Assembly: GCA_964016885.1 (NCBI GenBank)
Contig: OZ024742.1
Span: 350,858,001 to 350,922,000, forward strand
From: Eledone cirrhosa
Taxonomy: Eukaryota
DNA: 64,000 bases
Reading direction: 5' to 3'
Position 1 is the stretch's first letter, and each line of letters opens with the position of its first letter. Below, one piece after another: positions 56,857 through 64,000 of the stretch. The position numbers and the translations under genes are program-made. The notes under the pieces were generated by a model, which worked only from the letters and a program-made list of their open reading frames with translations, ran no database searches and was not told the origin of the DNA.

Positions 56857-57978
56857 ATGACCCTCCCCAAGTATAACAATATTTGTTTCGACACACGATT
56901 TCATATAAAAAACCTCGCAAAACTAATTCATCGCCGCTACGGCATTAGCTTGTGCCAAGCTGAAAGATTATTGAAAGACACTGTTTTCTGTTATATAAGA
57001 ACTACAATAACAACAGAACAAATCCGCTTCTTAAAACACTGTGTCTCCTCCGAAACATACACAACAAACATATCAAAACAAGTAAATAATTTATTATTGA
57101 ACAAAACACAAGCCGAACGACTAAAACACACAATAACAGTTAATATGAAAAGAACAACATACACAAAAGTCAAAGCACTCTACAGACAGAAACGCATTAA
57201 CGGTAAGGAAATCCGAAATCTCATCACAGCAATCGAGAGAGATAACTTCATGAGCGCCATCCGACGTGAAACGAAATACGCTCGAAACGAATGCAATAGG
57301 CATTTCAAGAAGTAATTAGAATGGATGAATAAGAAAAAACTACAAGAAAGGAAAATCGAATATTCTCAAAAATACCCAGATAACATCGACGATATCCGTA
57401 TGACTGATGTAAAACTACTGGAAGAATTTACCAATGACCATACAGTAAATATATATGGGAACACTTTAATCAGTGAACAAGAACAACAAATTCTACGGTT
57501 ACCACCAAAATTTGCCATCTACAAAAAGATTAACCCTATGGAGTGCAAAACGGAGCTGGAAAAGTGTTTCACAAAAATACGTTGGAATGCAAAGGTAAAC
57601 AACAACAACAATAATAACGGTAGTAGTAATATAAACTCTGGGTATAGAAATAACAGCCATAACCATAACAATAGCAGGAAAGTGAGAAATAGTGATAATG
57701 GTAATAATACTGGCGATAGACAGAACAACAACAACCACAATAATAATAATAATAGAAACATTAACCACAGACACAGCAACAGCGACCACAGTAGTAATAA
57801 CGGTAACAATACGAACAACAATAACCACAGTGGTAATAATGGAAATAGTACATGTAGCAACATCAATGATAGACACAACAAAAACAAGAAACATAATAAA
57901 AGTAACAACCACAATGGTAGAAATAACAGTAACAACAACAACAATAACGGTGAAGTAAACAACAATACATCTAGCAAA
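56857..57978 (+). pseudogene. PLE ORF N-terminal region, with in-frame stop at 57313-57315 and Asn-rich linker
   Basis: ORFs 56857-57315 and 57325-58011 are in the same frame. FLKHC and EQEQQILRLPPKFA motifs resemble PLE N-termini. The end overlaps ~50 bp with the start of the minus segment. Confidence 0.8.
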
Positions 57979-58851
57979 ACCAACCAAACAGTGAGTGTGT
58001 TCTGTTATTAATTCTGCCAATATTACACAAATATGACCCTCCCCAAGTATAACAATATTTGTTTCGACACACGATTTCATATAAAAAACCTCGCAAAACT
58101 AATATACTTATGTAAATGTCTATATAATAGAATGAAGTTCATATTGATATCCCTTTGTTATTTAATACACGACTATCGTATTTAGAGCACGGCCACTAAT
58201 AAATTAAATCAACCCCTGTACTAGGTTGCTAATTTATATCATCAATTCCATCTAGGTGGAAGTTGAACTGAGAATGGAAGAAAATGCCCCAAATATATCT
58301 CAATGTATAAAAGTAAGACAGAGTGTTTCATATTGAAATATATCTTAATACGTACAGATGACTACATATATCGCCAGATGTTCATATAATGGGCTACATG
58401 AATCTCCTGTTTTCTTTTATTAGTTATTAATAAAACTGATATACACTCGTAAAGTGATTCTAAGTAGACACCCACTGTTAATTAGAGTTTTATATTTGTA
58501 ATATATTGTAATATATTGTGTTTGTATGTTGATGTCATCTACGAACTCGATGAAAAGATTGTAAAGGACATCTTCTTTATGAATTAAAATATAATGAAGA
58601 GGTTAGAAAGCTACTACAGGAGATATAGACAATTTGTACAGACATACACACACACGCGCGCATATATATATATAAATAAATATATATATTACAATATATA
58701 TAGGACAATTTTAACACCAACGGCAGAGCTCCTGCCGTCGAAACGCCTTGAGCTCTGCTGTCAGAGTCAACTTTTTCCCATTACCCATTCTACTACCCTA
58801 AGTATTGAGTTCTCTGATGCTTTATGGTGCATCTGCTTTCTTACCTCCATC

Positions 58852-58951
<100 letters not shown>

Positions 58952-59018
58952 GGATTATGAGTTCAGGCAATTGACTTATGTTTCGTCACTATATATATAT
59001 ATATATATATATACGTAC

Positions 59019-59050
<32 letters not shown>

Positions 59051-59054
<4 letters not shown>

Positions 59055-61497
59055 GGAAGATGGACATTGTTTAGTGTACCGAACTTGCATGCTACACCGT
59101 TCATCCAATTTTCATAAAACCTCACACATATATAAAACTCAACGCGTAGAGTGGAATAGGCTACTTGAAATTTTCGAAAAATCGATAATCGGGCCCTATG
59201 ACAGAATGTTTTTCGATTCCAATGAAATTTTATGTGAATTCGAACACAAGAACTCTTAGTTTACATCTGGCGCAATAAAAATAAATTTTATATGCCCATA
59301 TAAGGACGTGCATATTGATTGGACGGCCAGCTGCATGTCTTCCCAGCTGTCTCAGTAAACGACCGACCATTAAAGAGTTTATCTCTTCATATTCCACCTT
59401 ATTCAAGTGGAAATACAGTATTATCCCTATCTGAAAAGGGAACCAAATTTAATGGTGTCTTTTGTGAACCTAAAAACTGTGAGTAAATTTTCAAAAAGTC
59501 TTAAATAATCATGCTTTTTGAAAAAGAAATTACTAAATAATACGTTGACCAAGTTGTATTGTACACATACAATACAAGTAAAAAAAATTATGTCGTACCA
59601 ATGTTTTCCTTTTTTAAACAAAAGATTCTAAAAAATTACTTAATTTATAATACAGTCTTTTGCACAGGAAGTGAGTAACTTTTCGGGTGTTTAAACGTAA
59701 GTTCACCAGGGTTGTGTCTTCATTATTAGCCCACCTCTAATGGCATTTTTTGTTCTGCTTACGACTAAATGTTTTGAGCGTATTTGCAATTAATTGCGCC
59801 ACGTGCACACCTGCATGTAGATAGACACTGACAGCCAATAAAAAATCGATAACTTGCTTATTAAGATATCGGTCAAAAAGAGAGATTGACTGTACTTTAG
59901 AACATTTTTTGAATATATTGTTCTTTTTGGCATACTATGTCAGAAATATAGCTACTATACACTTTGGTTATTTTTTGTAACTAAAAAACGGTTTCTTTTG
60001 GATGGATACTTAACGAGAAAAATCCTAGGGTTTTGGACAAGTTTGTTTCAGGCGCTGTATAGACGCCTATTTTGTCACACTTTGGTCATGAATTCGTATT
60101 CTTTTCCAATAGATATTTTCCGCTCTATAAGACTCAGCAGGATATAGGGTGTATCATTTACTTCTGTCTAGATCTCTTACTTGTGTTAGAGCCGTGAGTG
60201 ATTACCATTGTATTATTTATACATAAGGCTCACCGGAGTATAAAGCGCAGAGCTGTTTTTTGATTAAATTTAATTATTTTAAGTGCAATTTATAGACGGG
60301 AAAATTCGGTAAGTTATTGTAATCATATTTCCAAACCTTTCCATTCACCAGTAACCATGCTAACGAATCTGGTGTCATCTCTCTCTGTATTTAATCACCT
60401 CTCTCTAACCTAACAGCTTCGTTAGACGTTGTTATGCCCACACGGAAACGTTCAGGACTTACCCCCAAAAAAGGTACAGCTATTGCTTTGAGACAACGAA
60501 TTAGGCGTTCTCAGGTATGAGTTCATTCACAATTGATTAATCCTTTATGCAATATTCTCCCTTAATGTTAGCAAGTACTGCGTTTATCCTAACTGTCCAC
60601 ACTTTTAAGCAACTACAACATTCTAATCGTAGTTATATTAAATTTATTGTCTTACCTTGATTCCCTTTTGTTCATGTTAGACTTTTCTCATTTACTATTG
60701 ACACTGCCATTGGCTTAGCTAACCAGTAGAATTAATTAATTTTCTCTAGGAAACACCTGCTGAGCGCGAATCTCGACTCGCTAATAGACGTCTTTCCCGG
60801 CTGGTTGAGTCACCAACATCACGTACGACAAAGCTTGCTGATGTTCGCCTTCGTCGCCAACAAGCGCTGACGGAGGAATCACCAACATCCCGTCAGACGA
60901 GGCTTGAGGCTGTGGCAAAGGGCAATAACCCTAGATACAATTTTGATCAACTTTTTTTCACCTATTACAAATTTACCGGGACATGTTTTTAGCTACTCAA
61001 ATCTACTTCGGAGATCACGCATTGATGTAAAAAATCAATAAAACTGAAGCGCGGCTCGACTTTGCGCAAAAAAACAAGGCAAAGTTACACACGGGAAAAC
61101 TTTTTACAGGAACGTCCTACATTCTTAAAAACTGTCACAAAAGACTCGCCATTATGCCGCGGTTAAGATAAAGGCCCTTTTAATTCTTCTTCTGCACACG
61201 TGAGCGGAAAAATTGTAAAAAAAAAAACCCCTGAAAGTAATCGACATTTTCACTCTGCTTTAAATTAACTGAGCATTCAATATCAAGCGATTTTGTCTTC
61301 CGTCAGTCGTGCAGAGAACAATTTCAACGATACACTGTGTAACTACAATTAATAAATTACACACCTGTGTCTACTAACCTATTTTTTTCCATTGAAGTTC
61401 GAAGTTTTGAACCTGTGATGCGCGGGAAGTAACTTTCACACATTCTAACAGACCAAAGGTCGACTTACACCCGGGCAACGCCGGGTACTTCTGCTAG
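59051..61497 (+). mobile_element. Non-autonomous Helitron, copy 2 (extra ~385 bp at ~59658-60042)
   Basis: Hairpin at 61469-61486, then CTAG|T at 61494-61497. Colinear with 10298-12379. Confidence 0.8.
60434..60992 (+). CDS. Putative two-exon STPR-like mini-ORF (60434-60514 and 60750-60992)
   Basis: Same ATG, donor and acceptor as copy 1; ETPAERESRL...ESPTSRTTKL...ESPTSRQTRL. Confidence 0.55.
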
Positions 61498-62052
61498 TAT
61501 ATATATATACATGCGTGTGTATGTGTATAGACCCATATGCATATACTTTGTGCAGGTATGGATGTGCACGAATGTGTCTGTGTGTACGCGTGTTTACACC
61601 CATGCCCGCACTACATTTCCCCACACATGTTTATGTATATCCTATGCGTGTGTGTGCCGTATGTATGTATGTATGTATATGCCCTTATATACACTCTGAT
61701 TATTAACTCCTTATACCATGAGTCCTCTTAACTATCCCTTACCACACCCAACACTCCACCCAAAACACCGTAATCTTTCATCCAGCATCATAAACCGCAC
61801 CACCACCACACCCACACAAAAAATCAGCTCCAAAGTACACGCCAAAGGTCTAGTAATCGTCAACAGGCCATACACCGCCACCTACTTCAACCTATGTCCC
61901 GTACCACCAACTAAGCACCCTGTCACCTACACTATAGGTAAAAACATCCCTCAGAATTAACCCACCAATAAAAATAAATCTCTCTGACCAGCATATGAAC
62001 ATCAGACTTTCTCGTACGCCATGTATAGTCATTTTATCATTACCACTAAAAG

Positions 62053-62136
62053 GGTCTGACGAGTCGTGGATTACTAGTCGGGCTAGATCGATACAAATCT
62101 AACTTTGAGCTGATCGGTGGCGAAACGTGAGTCACC
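62053..62136 (+). ncRNA. Type I hammerhead ribozyme with long stem II
   Basis: ggt-CTGACGA-gtcgt...gtggc-GAAAC-gtga-GTC-acc, with AATAAA 14 nt downstream. Confidence 0.7.
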
Positions 62137-62193
62137 AACCAATACATGTAATAAAGTTGTAACCGCTCATCTTTGTTTTATTTTATTATACAT

Positions 62194-62224
<31 letters not shown>

Positions 62225-62361
62225 CATTTTTATTATACATATATATTATTTTATTATACACACACGCACACACACCCACACACACACCCCGCACGCACAC
62301 ACACATATATATATATATACAATATGTTAACAAATAGAAACTATATTTATAAAACCATATT

Positions 62362-62426
62362 TATTTCATTATACATATTTCAAGGGCACCAAAGCAAATT
62401 ATGGTGCGCTTTCATCAGATAAAATA
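62362..62426 (-). ncRNA. Type I hammerhead within inverted repeat 62316-62526
   Basis: Reverse complement: tattttat-CTGATGA-aagcgcacca...tggtgccctt-GAAA-tatgta-TA-atgaaata. Same family as 1232-1296. Confidence 0.7.
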
Positions 62427-62613
62427 AAATATAGATCAGCATAATTTGCTTTGGTGTCCTTGAAATATGTATATTGAAATAAATATGGTTTTATAAATAT
62501 AGTTTCCATTTGTTAACATATTGTATTTTTACTCCAAAACTTTGTTGAGTGTTTTATATCAGTTATACAAATATTTGCTTGTCGTATCCCAACAAATTAC
62601 ATGTAACTTCTAC

Positions 62614-62723
<110 letters not shown>

Positions 62724-63249
62724 TTATATATTGCTTGAAGCATTATTTTTCAATATACCATGTAGAGAATGCTATGTTTACGAAGTCTAAGACATAGCAG
62801 AATGGACGTCGGTAAAATGAAAGCAACGAACAAGTTTGTTACCTTGTATTTTTTTAATTATTATTGCTTTTCTTTCTTTCGTCCTAAAAGTTCAGGACTT
62901 AAAATCCCTTCCTCAGAGTATGGGAAACTCACAGAGAAAGACGGTCTGGTTATATACCGCTATGCACTTCAATCTATGTGCCGTACCACCAACTACCCCC
63001 CTCCCCCTACACTACAGGTGAAAACATCCCTCAGAATTTAGAATTTAGAATTATAATTTATGAAACGATTTCGAGCGTTGTATATGAGGTTTGCTGAAGT
63101 ATCCCCCCAAAGCAGGAGGATGACGTCAATCGGCGTATGTATTAACTCATTGACGACAGTGTCTGTTGTTAATTGTTGTGTTTAGTTTGCGAGAGTATGT
63201 GTGGTTGTGTGTCTGTGTCGTGTTATGTCAAGTATTTTGTGCTGAGTTC

Positions 63250-63505
63250 CATTCTGTTGTAGATTTGTGGTCTGAGCCCACGTATAAACACTGCTTCATT
63301 TCTTCTAAAGTTGACACATTTCTCTCTCTGGCTTCAGTAGTGAATGTTATGATTTTGATGATGAATTTGTATTTGGCAATATCATTTTTGAATGATGATC
63401 CGTGTGTATTGAGGTGCTCTTTAATGTGGGTGAAGCGTGATCATGTTGTACAACCATTGTAAAACTCCTTAGATTTTCCGCATTCAATCGGGGCTACCAC
63501 ATGTG
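63250..63505 (-). pseudogene. Degenerate GIY-YIG endonuclease remnant (third PLE family)
   Basis: Manual translation IECGKSKEFYNGCTT*SRFTHIKEHL resembles the C..C...YIG.T.R....R..EH motif. Confidence 0.6.
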
Positions 63506-64000
63506 TCCGCTGGCCCATTCCAGTGCCATGTATAGTGCAAGTAGTGAGCACTGTATACCTTTTTAGAGAGGTGTCCTCGAAATAAAGCCGCGCAGTGAGC
63601 TAATCGTATGTCCATATAAGGACACGTACACACGCACAAACACGCAACGTAATTATGTCACAAAACAGCATAGTGCGTGCAAGATTTAAGTCGATTCATT
63701 TGTCCCAATACTTGAAAACACAACGTTAAACTCATCAGAATTTGTCAACGATCATTTCATTCGGTTCTCTTATAGACAAACCGTAGGTGTCCATTTGAAA
63801 GGGAAATTAAATTAACAGTGAAAGGGGTTTTCAAGTGTAAAATGACAAAAACATAAAGATAAAACATAAACATGAAGAACAGCTTTCACAAGATATGAAT
63901 TTAATGAAGATGGTTTCTAACTTCAATAGCAGTCAATATATTGCGTATGGCTGTTCCAGACGACCATAGCATATAACGTAAAACAATGAACTGCAATATA

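Larger units (their letters stand above)
53152..58101. mobile_element. Rearranged near-full-length Penelope-like element (minus segment 53152-~56167; plus segment ~56166-57978; pLTR end piece 57979-58101) with 13-bp TSD
   Basis: atatacttatgta at 53139-53151 and 58102-58114. pLTR copies at 53152-53626 (-) and 56397-~56880 (+). Confidence 0.92.

Noticed and set aside
57499-58080. Hydrophobic Val/Leu-rich ORFs resembling membrane proteins (also 24034-25269 and 53562-55960)
   Set aside because: Antisense or alternative frames of the PLE ORF and its AAC-rich tract.

Overview
AT-rich, microsatellite-dense eukaryotic DNA with no supportable host protein-coding exon. The SINE family, repeat density and GC-rich 18S expansion segment suggest a cephalopod (Octopus-like) genome, which is an inference. 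Nearly all listed ORFs are translations of (TA)n/(CA)n/(GA)n tracts. Real content: (i) two copies of a Penelope-like retroelement (PLE; RT + GIY-YIG), one a rearranged, near-complete element bounded by a 13-bp target-site duplication, plus older PLE remnants; (ii) many type I hammerhead ribozyme (HHR) motifs from about ten unrelated families, including two retrozyme-like tandem arrays (591-bp and ~675-bp units, one HHR per unit) and near-perfect palindromes with an HHR in each arm, typically head-to-head with 3' ends running into (TA)n; (iii) non-autonomous Helitrons, two carrying a spliced STPR-like mini-ORF; (iv) many tRNA-like SINEs with ATTAT-starting TSDs; (v) an 18S rRNA retrocopy with the same inverted architecture; (vi) an RTE-like LINE 3' fragment. 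The most interesting signal is the set of (TA)n-associated, self-cleaving, non-coding retroelements probably mobilised by PLEs. All structures were read by eye and none is experimentally or computationally validated.
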